The notes beneath the pieces were generated by a model. That model made no database searches. It saw nothing but the letters and a program-made list of their open reading frames with translations, and had not been told where the DNA came from. Both the position numbers and the translations under genes were made by a program. From Candidatus Nealsonbacteria bacterium (GTDB lineage Bacteria > Patescibacteriota > Minisyncoccia > Minisyncoccales > JANBVM01), in the NCBI GenBank assembly GCA_047456315.1, contig CP179889.1:384776-448775 (forward strand): 64,000 nt of DNA, in the 5' to 3' direction. Shown one piece after another: positions 45,637 through 53,762 of the stretch. Position 1 is the stretch's first letter. Every line of letters starts with the position of its first letter.

Positions 45637-45669
45637 AACCGTTAGCTAATATAACTAACGGTTCTTTTT
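45637..45669 (+). terminator. intrinsic terminator
   Basis: AACCGTTAG / CTAACGGTT 9-bp stem followed by CTTTTT. Confidence 0.7.
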
Positions 45670-45683
45670 AGCGAGGGGAGTGC

Positions 45684-45711
45684 TTGACACCGTGTTTTGG
45701 CACGGTACAAT
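45684..45711 (+). promoter_or_regulatory. sigma70-like promoter facing the tyrosine recombinase gene
   Basis: TTGACA 45684-45689, 16 nt spacer containing the palindrome ACCGTG..CACGGT, TACAAT 45706-45711. Confidence 0.6.
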
Positions 45712-45723
45712 ATATATAGATAT

Positions 45724-45736
45724 AATGTCGCACAAT
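45724..45736. repeat. 13-bp inverted repeat AATGTCGCACAAT (right)
   Basis: Reverse complement of 45193-45205. Lies 13 nt downstream of the -10 element. Confidence 0.75.
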
Positions 45737-45796
45737 GATGGTAAAGCGACATATAATATATATAAATTAGACCACTTCCCTAAAAGCCCTAAAAAA

Positions 45797-46753
45797 ATGA
45801 AAAAATCAAAGACCCCAATAATAAGCCATATTTCTGATTTCTTAGATTATTGTGAAGTTGAAAAGGGTTTATCTGATAAAACCCAAGAAAATTATAAAAG
45901 ATATTTAAATAAATTTGTTTTTTGGTTAGAAAAGGCAAAAAATGAAAAACTACTGCCCCATCAATTAACAGCTGATCATATTTGGAAGTATCGCCTATTT
46001 CTATCTCGTTTTAATACATATAAAGGTAAGCCACTTAAGAAAATCACCCAAAACTACTATCTTATCGCTCTCAGGGCCTTTTTAGGCTATTTTTCATCAA
46101 AAGACATACAATCACTTCCTGCAGATAAGATAAAGCTTCCCAAAGACGCTAAAAGGGATAAAGCTATTAAATTCCTTAATTTAGAGCAAATTGAAAAGTT
46201 TTTAAAGTCCCCTAGTCATAACACTAGAATTGGCTTAAGAGATAAGGTTATTTTAGAGTCATTATTTTCAACAGGTCTTAGAATTGCAGAGCTTGTTGCT
46301 TTAAATAAAGAGCAATTCTCTAATGTCCAAAAAAAGAAAGATTTAGAGCTTTCAGTTATTGGCAAAGGTGGATCTGCTAGAACAGTATATTTTTCAGAAA
46401 GAGCATTAGATTGGGTTAAAAAATATTTAGATTCACGTAAAGATAAAGAAAAAGCTTTATTCATTCATTATAGAGCTAAGAAAGGTTCAGATAGTCGACT
46501 TACCTCTCGTTCCATTCAAAGATTAGTTAAGAAGTATGCAATTTTATCTGGAATTCCAGTTTTCACTACCCCGCACACACTTAGGCACTCAATGGCAACT
46601 GATCTATTAAACCAAGGAGTTGACTTAAGGACTATTCAAGAATTTTTAGGCCATAGAAGTATTACCTCTACTCAAATCTACACTCATGTGACAAGTAAAC
46701 GTTTAAGAGAAATTCATCGTAAGTTCCATAGTGGCAAGAGATTAAAAGGATAA
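45797..46753 (+). CDS. tyrosine recombinase, XerC/XerD-like
   Basis: N-terminal SAM-like domain (FLDYCEVEKGLSDKTQENYKRYL). Catalytic region RIAEL, HTLRHSMAT, LGHRSITSTQIYTH. The ORF-track GTG start overlaps the promoter, so ATG 45797 is preferred. Confidence 0.9.
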   Translation: MKKSKTPIISHISDFLDYCEVEKGLSDKTQENYKRYLNKFVFWLEKAKNEKLLPHQLTADHIWKYRLFLSRFNTYKGKPLKKITQNYYLIALRAFLGYFSSKDIQSLPADKIKLPKDAKRDKAIKFLNLEQIEKFLKSPSHNTRIGLRDKVILESLFSTGLRIAELVALNKEQFSNVQKKKDLELSVIGKGGSARTVYFSERALDWVKKYLDSRKDKEKALFIHYRAKKGSDSRLTSRSIQRLVKKYAILSGIPVFTTPHTLRHSMATDLLNQGVDLRTIQEFLGHRSITSTQIYTHVTSKRLREIHRKFHSGKRLKG

Positions 46754-46755
46754 AA

Positions 46756-46783
46756 AACACTAATTCTCTACCCTAGTGTTTTT
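46756..46783 (+). terminator. intrinsic terminator
   Basis: AACACTA / TAGTGTT stem with an 11-nt loop and a T-run. Confidence 0.6.
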
Positions 46784-46798
46784 GTGTCCTAAATAAAC

Positions 46799-46824
46799 GT
46801 CGCACAATATATAAGGTTGCACAA
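46799..46824. repeat. tandem copies of recurrent motif (GTCGCACAA, then GTTGCACAA)
   Basis: Two direct copies with starts 17 bp apart. Lies between the recombinase terminator and the second ECF sigma gene. Confidence 0.6.
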
Positions 46825-46873
46825 TGTAACCTTTTTTAGTTAAAGTTACATATTATTAGTGTAAAGCAAAATA

Positions 46874-47419
46874 ATGGAGCAAAACAGTGAAGAATTGAAA
46901 ATATTAGTCGAACAAGCTCAGAATGGCAATAAAGATGCCTTTAAAGAGATATTCGATCGTTTGAGTGACAGGTTTTTTGCCTATATTTTTTCTCGTACAT
47001 CAAATAGAGATGATTCCTTAGATATTATTCAGGAAACATTTATTGATCTTTGGAATTCTTTAAAAAGATTTAAGTACAGATCAGAGCAATCATTTTATGG
47101 ATTTGTATTTAAAATAGCCAAGCGCAAGCTTTATCATTATTACAGGAAAAAACAAAAAATCATTTCTCTTGATAAACTTAGCGAGGGTCAGTTGGTACAA
47201 ACAGCAACAAATCAAGAAAGCAGTGAATATGTAGTAAATCATGTCAATGCTCTTGTTTCAAAATATCAGGATGTTATAACACTTCGCTATTGGTCTCAAA
47301 TGACATTTAAGGAAATTGCAGCTGTGCTAAATATTACAGAGAATACTGCCAAAGTACGACATCATAGGGCCTTAAAAAAATTAAAAATTAATTTAACCAA
47401 AAGCAACTATGTTACATAA
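46874..47419 (+). CDS. ECF (sigma-70 family) RNA polymerase sigma factor
   Basis: Region 2 (DIIQETFIDLW) and region 4 (MTFKEIAAVLNITENTAKVRHHRALKKL). Confidence 0.9.
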   Translation: MEQNSEELKILVEQAQNGNKDAFKEIFDRLSDRFFAYIFSRTSNRDDSLDIIQETFIDLWNSLKRFKYRSEQSFYGFVFKIAKRKLYHYYRKKQKIISLDKLSEGQLVQTATNQESSEYVVNHVNALVSKYQDVITLRYWSQMTFKEIAAVLNITENTAKVRHHRALKKLKINLTKSNYVT

Positions 47420-48566
47420 TATTGAAAAAAAACTCAAAGAAGCAGCAAGAATAAACCCTCTTACTAAAACTGAAAAAAACATACTTTGGACAAAGATTGA
47501 GAGTAAGATTAGTCAGCATCAAATATTAAGAATTTTTGGGTTAAAACCAAAGTTTGTTTTCGCTTCGTTTATGAGCTTTGTACTTATAACAGCCTCTGCT
47601 GTAGCAGTAGGAGCTTCAAATGATGCTGGTCCAGGAGATTTACTTTATCCTATTGATATTGCCATTGAAAGAATTGAACTTGCACTTTCAAGAGAAAACA
47701 ATAAAGATAATTTACGTTTAAAATTTGCCCAGGAAAGACTTAAAGAAGCTCAAAAAGCTTTAGCCTTTCAAAACAATAATGATTTAGAAAATATAACTAT
47801 TTCAACATCAACCGAAAATAATTTTAAAAGAATCCAAAAAGCTGATAAAACCCTACCATCTGCTCTTGAAAAATTAGAGAAAACAAAAGAACTTCTTGAA
47901 CAAAAAGGTAATGAAAAAGCTGTAGAACGTGTAAATGAGATTATAGAAAAGCTAACAAATCTAGCTCAAGATCATGTTTCTGATCTTGATGAGCTGGAAA
48001 TAGAAATAAATGATGATAATGGAAGAAAGCAACAAATCAAAGCTTTTCGTGAAAAAATAAAAATCAAATTTAAACTAAATCACTTAGACAATAAAGAAAA
48101 GGTTGTAATCTGTCACATTCCTTCAGATAATCCTGATAATGCACATACAATAGAAATAGCAGAACCAGCCCTGCAAGCTCATTTAGCTCATGGTGATTAT
48201 CTTAGGTCTTGTAATCATGAATATCAAGGAGGATATCAGGATAATGACGATGATGATAATACCACTTCAACACCAGACATTACGGCACCAGTTATTTCAA
48301 ATATTAACTCAAGCGTTTCTACTAACACAGCAGATATAACTTGGGATACAGATGAATCATCAGATTCAGTAGTTTGGTACAATACCACAACATCAGTAAT
48401 TATTTCAGGCGATACCTTATATGTTAGCTCAAGTACTTTAGTTATAGACCACAATATTTCTTTATCGGATCTTAATGCCAGCACAACTTATTATTTTATT
48501 CTTAGTTCAACTGATGAGTTTAATAATGAAGCAACCTCAACAGAATTGTCATTTATAACACTATAA
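47409..48566 (+). CDS. putative anti-sigma/membrane protein with C-terminal FN3-like domain
   Basis: Overlaps the sigma gene by 11 nt. One TM, a coiled region, an acidic D-run, then an FN3-like ITWDTDESSDSVVWY...TTYYFILSSTDEFNNEA. Confidence 0.55.
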   Translation: MLHNIEKKLKEAARINPLTKTEKNILWTKIESKISQHQILRIFGLKPKFVFASFMSFVLITASAVAVGASNDAGPGDLLYPIDIAIERIELALSRENNKDNLRLKFAQERLKEAQKALAFQNNNDLENITISTSTENNFKRIQKADKTLPSALEKLEKTKELLEQKGNEKAVERVNEIIEKLTNLAQDHVSDLDELEIEINDDNGRKQQIKAFREKIKIKFKLNHLDNKEKVVICHIPSDNPDNAHTIEIAEPALQAHLAHGDYLRSCNHEYQGGYQDNDDDDNTTSTPDITAPVISNINSSVSTNTADITWDTDESSDSVVWYNTTTSVIISGDTLYVSSSTLVIDHNISLSDLNASTTYYFILSSTDEFNNEATSTELSFITL

Positions 48567-48585
48567 ACAATATTTGTTCTTTACC

Positions 48586-48611
48586 AAAAACCACCCAATT
48601 GGGTGGTTTTT
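48586..48611 (+). terminator. intrinsic terminator
   Basis: CCACCC-AATT-GGGTGG flanked by an A-run and a T-run. Confidence 0.75.
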
Positions 48612-48673
48612 GAATTCTTTCAAATCACAATTTAATTATGAGCTGAAAAAATAAAAAAAAGTTTGATTTTATC

Positions 48674-48811
48674 TTAATATTTATATTCTTGAGACATGTC
48701 CTTTACACCACAATGCCGGCAAAGGACTATTGTCGGTTCATTGCCCTCTACTATGTGAGCGCAATGCGGACACACAAAAATCTTTCTCTTCTTCTTATTT
48801 TTTTGCCCCAT
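48674..48811 (-). CDS. small zinc-ribbon protein (45 aa)
   Basis: MGQKNKKKRKIFVCPHCAH...CRHCG, two CxxC pairs. Confidence 0.45.
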   Translation of the reverse strand: MGQKNKKKRKIFVCPHCAHIVEGNEPTIVLCRHCGVKDMSQEYKY

Positions 48812-48863
48812 TTTAAATTACCAACTAAATTATACAAATTATATTAGATTTGTCAATTGTTAT

Positions 48864-48919
48864 GTGATGAATCTAATAATGAAGCAACTTCAACAGAATT
48901 GTTCTTTATAACATTATAA
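48864..48919 (+). pseudogene. orphan 3' fragment paralogous to the end of 47409-48566
   Basis: About 56 nt closely matching 48511-48566 including the stop codon. No upstream ORF. Confidence 0.55.
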
Positions 48920-48926
48920 ACATACT

Positions 48927-48955
48927 AAAAACTGCCCGTATTCGAGGCAGTTTTT
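48927..48955 (+). terminator. intrinsic terminator after gene fragment
   Basis: CTGCC / GGCAG stem with an A-run before and a T-run after. Confidence 0.55.
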
Positions 48956-49222
48956 GGCTTTTTCAAAACTATAAATAGATTTATAAGCTTGAAAAAAAAT
49001 ATGGGAGTAAGTTTTCATTTTAAATGACTTACTCCCTTGTTTGCTTTATTGCTCTTCGTTCTTTCATTTTTCCCGACTCTTTCATTTTTTCAATATCATT
49101 CATTATATTGATAGTATAGCATACCATCTAGAGTTTGTCAAGTGCCTTGATGATGATAAAAAAAACAAGAAATTATGGAAAACTAGAAAAAGCGCCGATC
49201 TGGCGCTCTTCTAATATTACAA

Positions 49223-49360
49223 TTATTCAGTTCCTCCTTCAGCTTTCTCTTCCGCTTTTTCGGATCCTCCTTCTTCAGTTCCTGTCTCTGGGGTTGTCTC
49301 TGTTTGTCCTTCAGTTCCTGCTTCTTGTTCAGGAGCTTGAGTTTTTTCTTCTTCTTGCAT
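49223..49360 (-). CDS. small acidic low-complexity protein (45 aa)
   Basis: E/T/G-rich. A minus-strand terminator hairpin AGCGCC/GGCGCT (49191-49207) follows. Preferred over the plus-strand ORF 49135-49371. Confidence 0.3.
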   Translation of the reverse strand: MQEEEKTQAPEQEAGTEGQTETTPETGTEEGGSEKAEEKAEGGTE

Positions 49361-49517
49361 TAGAAACATAGTCTTTTTTTTAATTTAGTCTTTAAGGTAA
49401 AAGGAAATAACATTACTATTCCTTTCAAAGCTGGCAATGGGAGACTAACCCCATTTAGCCTATCTGCATATATGAATATTATCTTAACTATCTCAATATT
49501 GTCAAGTTAAAAATATG

Positions 49518-50000
49518 TTAATTTATAGTATTAATCCAATTGCCAATATAATAAGTGGCAATAATGACCAAAATAGTAATAAAGAGGTGCTCTAATATAA
49601 CAAGACATGGTTTTTGGTTCTGCTGTTTGGCAATATAGAAGCTAAGAATTGCAATCAATAGTAACCCCCAAATCACACTAATAATGATTGCTAAAAACAA
49701 TTCAAAGAGCAAAACTGGCACAATAAACGTCAGTGCCACAATGAATTTTGATAAAAAGGTAGAAACAGTTGATTCCCAAACCTCTTTTGTACTAATATTG
49801 TTATCTGATTCCTCTGAGATATGTATTCCCAGAGCATCAGAAAAAGCATCAGCTATTGCAATAACTAAAATACCGGTCATAACAATAATTTGTGAATGAG
49901 TTCCTGAATTAAGCCCAACCATTAATCCTAAAGTGGTGATAATCCCAGAAGTTAAGCCAAAACTCAATCCTGTTTTAACTGATTGCTTTAATCTAAGCAT
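49518..50000 (-). CDS. VIT1/CCC1-family membrane protein (short form)
   Basis: GLSFGLTSGIITTLGLMVGL...IADAFSDALGIHISEE pattern. 4-5 TM segments. Confidence 0.7.
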   Translation of the reverse strand: MLRLKQSVKTGLSFGLTSGIITTLGLMVGLNSGTHSQIIVMTGILVIAIADAFSDALGIHISEESDNNISTKEVWESTVSTFLSKFIVALTFIVPVLLFELFLAIIISVIWGLLLIAILSFYIAKQQNQKPCLVILEHLFITILVIIATYYIGNWINTIN

Positions 50001-50006
50001 TATTTA

Positions 50007-50561
50007 TTAAGGAGTACTTATTTCTATTAAAGTTGTCCCATCAATTATCAGATATTTGGTCATTGCAACAGAGGGCCGTGTGCTCATTGGTTCATCTTGT
50101 TTTCTATCAGCATAGTTAATTTCAACAGCTCCTTTGTAAATTGAAATGTTTTGCGGAATTATTCTGTCTCCTAAAAGAACTGCATTTGTGCCAACAGCTT
50201 GCCCGTTTTCTCTGTTCTGCAAGGCAGCTGCCACATAAAAAAACGTACCACTGCCTTCTGGGTCATGAACTAAAACCAAAGCAGCATCATCAGCACCATC
50301 ACTATTTAAATCACCTATAGCAGCTTTTCCCAGAACACTTGTTTTAATCTTTGTTGCTGAACCAGGAGCAATTTCTTTTTCTGATTTGCCTTCAGTTAAT
50401 TCAAATGATTCACCTTCAATTATATAAGCAGTGTTTAAAGGATTAAAAGTTGCTTTACTCTCAACTGGCTGGTTTAATTGATTGCTAATAGTAAGTCCTA
50501 TCCAAACACCAATAGCTCCAGCAATTATGATTATTAAAATAATAAAGCTTTTAAAATCCAT
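50007..50561 (-). CDS. membrane-anchored hypothetical protein
   Basis: N-terminal TM. FG-GAP/VCBS-like DLNSDGADDAALVL segment. Confidence 0.5.
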   Translation of the reverse strand: MDFKSFIILIIIIAGAIGVWIGLTISNQLNQPVESKATFNPLNTAYIIEGESFELTEGKSEKEIAPGSATKIKTSVLGKAAIGDLNSDGADDAALVLVHDPEGSGTFFYVAAALQNRENGQAVGTNAVLLGDRIIPQNISIYKGAVEINYADRKQDEPMSTRPSVAMTKYLIIDGTTLIEISTP

Positions 50562-50623
50562 AGATTATATAATTTTAGATTGAAAGATCGGCCTTTTTAC
50601 CATTTTTATTAAATTATCACCTA

Positions 50624-50935
50624 TTAATCATTTTCAGAACCAGCGCCTCCTTTTTTCAATCTTTTCTCATATTTTTCTAAAACCATTTCCAGAGCTTGTT
50701 CTAAGTCAACATTAAAAGAATTTGCAACTGTAACTAAGGAATAAATCACGTCTCCTAATTCAGATTTTATTTCTTCTTTAAATTTCAATGGTTTTTTGCC
50801 ATAATCAGTCATTTTAAGAACTTCTTTGGTAACTTCTCCCAACTCAGACATAGTATCTAATAAATGATATTCCGGAGAATATTCTAAATCATATTTCTTA
50901 CAAAACTCTTTTACTCTTTGCTGAATCTTTTTCAT
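50624..50935 (-). CDS. mazG: MazG-like nucleotide pyrophosphohydrolase
   Basis: Single MazG domain: MSELGEVTKEV ... ELGDVIYSLVTVAN. Confidence 0.8.
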   Translation of the reverse strand: MKKIQQRVKEFCKKYDLEYSPEYHLLDTMSELGEVTKEVLKMTDYGKKPLKFKEEIKSELGDVIYSLVTVANSFNVDLEQALEMVLEKYEKRLKKGGAGSEND

Positions 50936-50998
50936 TTTTCCATTCTAACAAAAAAACATCTAAAAGGCGATTTTCCAATCTGTCCGGCCTTACAAGAT

Positions 50999-52216
50999 TT
51001 AAATATCTAAGTATCTTCTTTTTTTTAACTTTTCAGGTAAATAGTCCTGTTTTTCTTTATAATCATGGTCAGGACTGTATTTATATCCTTTCCCATATTC
51101 TAAATCTTTCATTAATTGAGTTGGAGCATTACGGATGTGCAAAGGCACTGCCAAATTACCATGCTTTTTAACGTCTTTTGAAGCATTATTATATGCTTTA
51201 TACAAAGCATTGGATTTCTTGCATTTTGCCATATAAACCACTGCCTGAGCTAAATTAACATTACATTCGGGCATACCAATAAAATGACATGCTTTATAAG
51301 CAGCTACTGCCTGTTCTAATGCGCGTGAGTTAGCCAGTCCAATGTCCTCTGAAGCAAAACGAACAATTCTTCTGGCAATATATAAAGGATTTTCTCCTGC
51401 TTCCAACATTCTTGCTAACCAATACAAAGAAGCATTAACATCAGAACCTCTCATTGATTTATGCAAAGCTGAGATTATATTGTAATGCTCTTCACCATCC
51501 TTGTCATAAAACAAATGTGATTTTTGAAAAGCTTCTTTTATAATATCTAAAGTAATTTGTTTTTTACCTGATACAGATACTGCATATTCAATCACATTAA
51601 GAGCTATTCTGGCATCACCATTGCTCATCTGTGCTATGATATTAGTTATTTTCTTATTAATTTTTAAATTCAGCCGGCCAAGACCCTTTTTTTTGTCCTT
51701 TAAAGCTTTATTGATTATTTTTAAGATTTCATCTTTAGTTAATTGTTTTAAAACAAAAACTCTGCAACGTGACAGCAACGCTCCCCTAACCTCAAAACTA
51801 GGATTCTCTGTTGTTGCTCCAATAAGCGTAATTATTCCTTTTTCTACACAAGGAAGAAGCGCATCTTGCTGTGTTTTATTCCAGCGATGAATTTCATCTA
51901 TAAAAAGTATTGTTTTTTTACCCAAGCTTTGATTATAATCTGCCTGCTGTATAATAGCGCGTAAATCTTTTAACCCGCTTGAAACCGCACTTATTTGTTT
52001 AAACTCTGATTTAGTTTGCTTTGCAATAATAAATGCCAAAGTGGTTTTACCGCTTCCTGGCGGACCCCAAAAAATCATTGAAGGCAATTTATCAGAATTA
52101 ATAGCCCGTCTTAACAGCTTGCCTTTACCAACAATCTCTTCCTGGCCAAAGAAACCGGCCAAAGACTCTGGCCTCATTCTGTCAGCAAGTGGTTTGTGTT
52201 TGTTTTCACCATTCAT
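50999..52216 (-). CDS. rarA: replication-associated recombination protein A (AAA+ ATPase)
   Basis: PLADRMRP, Walker A GPPGSGKTT, Walker B LFIDEIHR, C-terminal MgsA block YDKDGEEHYNIISALHKSMRGSD. Confidence 0.93.
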   Translation of the reverse strand: MNGENKHKPLADRMRPESLAGFFGQEEIVGKGKLLRRAINSDKLPSMIFWGPPGSGKTTLAFIIAKQTKSEFKQISAVSSGLKDLRAIIQQADYNQSLGKKTILFIDEIHRWNKTQQDALLPCVEKGIITLIGATTENPSFEVRGALLSRCRVFVLKQLTKDEILKIINKALKDKKKGLGRLNLKINKKITNIIAQMSNGDARIALNVIEYAVSVSGKKQITLDIIKEAFQKSHLFYDKDGEEHYNIISALHKSMRGSDVNASLYWLARMLEAGENPLYIARRIVRFASEDIGLANSRALEQAVAAYKACHFIGMPECNVNLAQAVVYMAKCKKSNALYKAYNNASKDVKKHGNLAVPLHIRNAPTQLMKDLEYGKGYKYSPDHDYKEKQDYLPEKLKKRRYLDI

Positions 52217-52299
52217 AATCAGTATTATTCTATCAAAAAATCGCTTAAAGAGCGATTTTTATAAATCGTGGACAATATTAGAAATAATTAATACTTAAA

Positions 52300-52899
52300 T
52301 TACCATTTCAATAAAAATTCGTGATACTCGTCACCTCTATGAATACATTTTGTTTCTTCTGCAGTTACCTTGTGTCCAATTATCATTTGGATTATGGTAG
52401 CAATAGAACCATTGAGAATTTGACAGTGAAGTGGATGGAATTTGAAATTTTTCACTTTAAAAATTATACGTCTTTTTTCCTTGTCAATTTCCACTACTTC
52501 AATATCTCCAACCGTAAAATATCTTCTCCACATCTGTGAACTCTCTTTGGCCACTCTTTCAAGAGAAACGAAATGCTTCATAAAAAGCCTGATAATCAAA
52601 GAACTTTTGGAGTGAAACCTTCCTATTTCCTGAAACTTTTTGTCATCGTAATTAAAAAGTCTTTTAATAGCTAGCAGAATAACAGCTTCTACTCCAAAAG
52701 GATAAGAAGTTGTTGCTTTTATTTCTCTGAATTTTATTGGATGCCCAAGTGTTAACATTACATCTTCCAATTTCTTCAATCCCTCCTCACCCTCTTCTTT
52801 AAGAATAAACTCTCCATGGGTTTTAATTCCCGTTCCTTTTACTTCCCCCTTAAGTTTCAATAACTCATCAAATTCCTCTTTTAAAATTATTTGTTCCAT
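52300..52899 (-). CDS. hypothetical protein, V4R-like C-terminal domain
   Basis: C-terminal ...VTAEETKCIHRGDEYHEFLLKW resembles V4R endings. Start moved to ATG 52899 (MEQIILKEEF). Confidence 0.45.
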   Translation of the reverse strand: MEQIILKEEFDELLKLKGEVKGTGIKTHGEFILKEEGEEGLKKLEDVMLTLGHPIKFREIKATTSYPFGVEAVILLAIKRLFNYDDKKFQEIGRFHSKSSLIIRLFMKHFVSLERVAKESSQMWRRYFTVGDIEVVEIDKEKRRIIFKVKNFKFHPLHCQILNGSIATIIQMIIGHKVTAEETKCIHRGDEYHEFLLKW

Positions 52900-53479
52900 A
52901 TTGTTTATTATAACAAAAATCCGAGAAACAATCTCGGGTTTAGTTTTGCTCCAGGGACTGGACGATATTAGAACCTGTTTTGTGGAGGTTTTGGAATAAA
53001 AAAAAGAAGGCATAAATGCCTTAAAGAACTAATTAGGTTTATCTTTCGATCCGTATTCTACTTCTTCATTATTAAGCTCAGATATTTCCTTGACTCCAAA
53101 AAAGAAGTCAAGAATCTTCTCCTTAATTTCTAAAGTTGTATTATTATTTTCTTTCACTTTCAACCACTTTTATTTTTTGAAAAAATAAAAAACTCCTCAT
53201 AATAAGAAGCTTTTGAACTGATTTAATAATACCCTTATTCAGAATATTTGTCAATTCATCCAATTCTTCTTTTGAAATTATTGGTTCCATATACCAACCG
53301 GCGGACTGTCGAATCATTGACTTTTTAAAGACAATATGCTACTATTTAAACATTAGATTATAGGTCGAAATATTTAGAATTTAGATAGAGCGACTTAAGA
53401 ATCAAAAGGTCGTTCCATTATAAATTTTAGACGTTTCGAATAAGCTTTAGTTTAAGCTTAAATCGTGATCTTAATATAC

Positions 53480-53671
53480 ATGTTTAATGATTTTAAAGAT
53501 CGTCCAAGAAGAAGTTTTGGTGAAAGACAAATGTTTAAAGGAAATTGGAAATGTGCAGATTGTTCAAAGGAAATAACAGAACTTCCTTTTGAGCCATCAG
53601 AAGACAGACCAATTTACTGCAGAGAATGTCATGCCAAAAGAAGACCTCCAAGAAGGGACTTCAGACGATAA
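53480..53671 (+). CDS. CxxC-x17-CxxC zinc-ribbon protein
   Basis: KCADCSKEITELPFEPSEDRPIYCRECH with an R-rich tail. ATG 53480. Confidence 0.7.
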   Translation: MFNDFKDRPRRSFGERQMFKGNWKCADCSKEITELPFEPSEDRPIYCRECHAKRRPPRRDFRR

Positions 53672-53685
53672 GCTAGAATGAACTT

Positions 53686-53719
53686 AAAGCCCCGTAAGAA
53701 ATTACGGGGTTTTAGTTTT
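53686..53719. terminator. bidirectional intrinsic terminator
   Basis: CCCCGTA-AGAAAT-TACGGGG with an A-run before and a T-run after. Sits between convergent genes. Confidence 0.75.
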
Positions 53720-53762
53720 GATACTTTGACAATTTTATTGCTATCCTAAATTAACTGAAGGG

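Noticed and set aside
45680-45796. GTG start at 45680 for the tyrosine recombinase.
   Set aside because: It would place the first 39 codons over a near-consensus promoter and the 13-bp repeat. The conserved Xer N-terminal domain begins just after ATG 45797.
49135-49371. Plus-strand 78-aa ORF (L/F/S-rich).
   Set aside because: It is a low-complexity mirror of an acidic minus-strand ORF (49223-49360) that at least has a downstream terminator. Neither is strongly supported.
53160-53290. Minus-strand ORF starting MEPIISKEELDEL, resembling the start of 52300-52899.
   Set aside because: Similarity covers only about 13 residues, followed by unrelated hydrophobic sequence and an early stop. It is at most a decayed fragment, too weak to call.
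4951-53432. Short box AAAGGTCG(A/T) seen about 15-65 nt downstream of several promoter-like sites (4952-4964, 26434, 27136, 35788-35800, 53368, 53424).
   Set aside because: Only 7-8 nt are shared and spacing is inconsistent. This is plausibly chance in this composition, apart from the pair upstream of the two paralogous cassettes, which is explained by the duplication.
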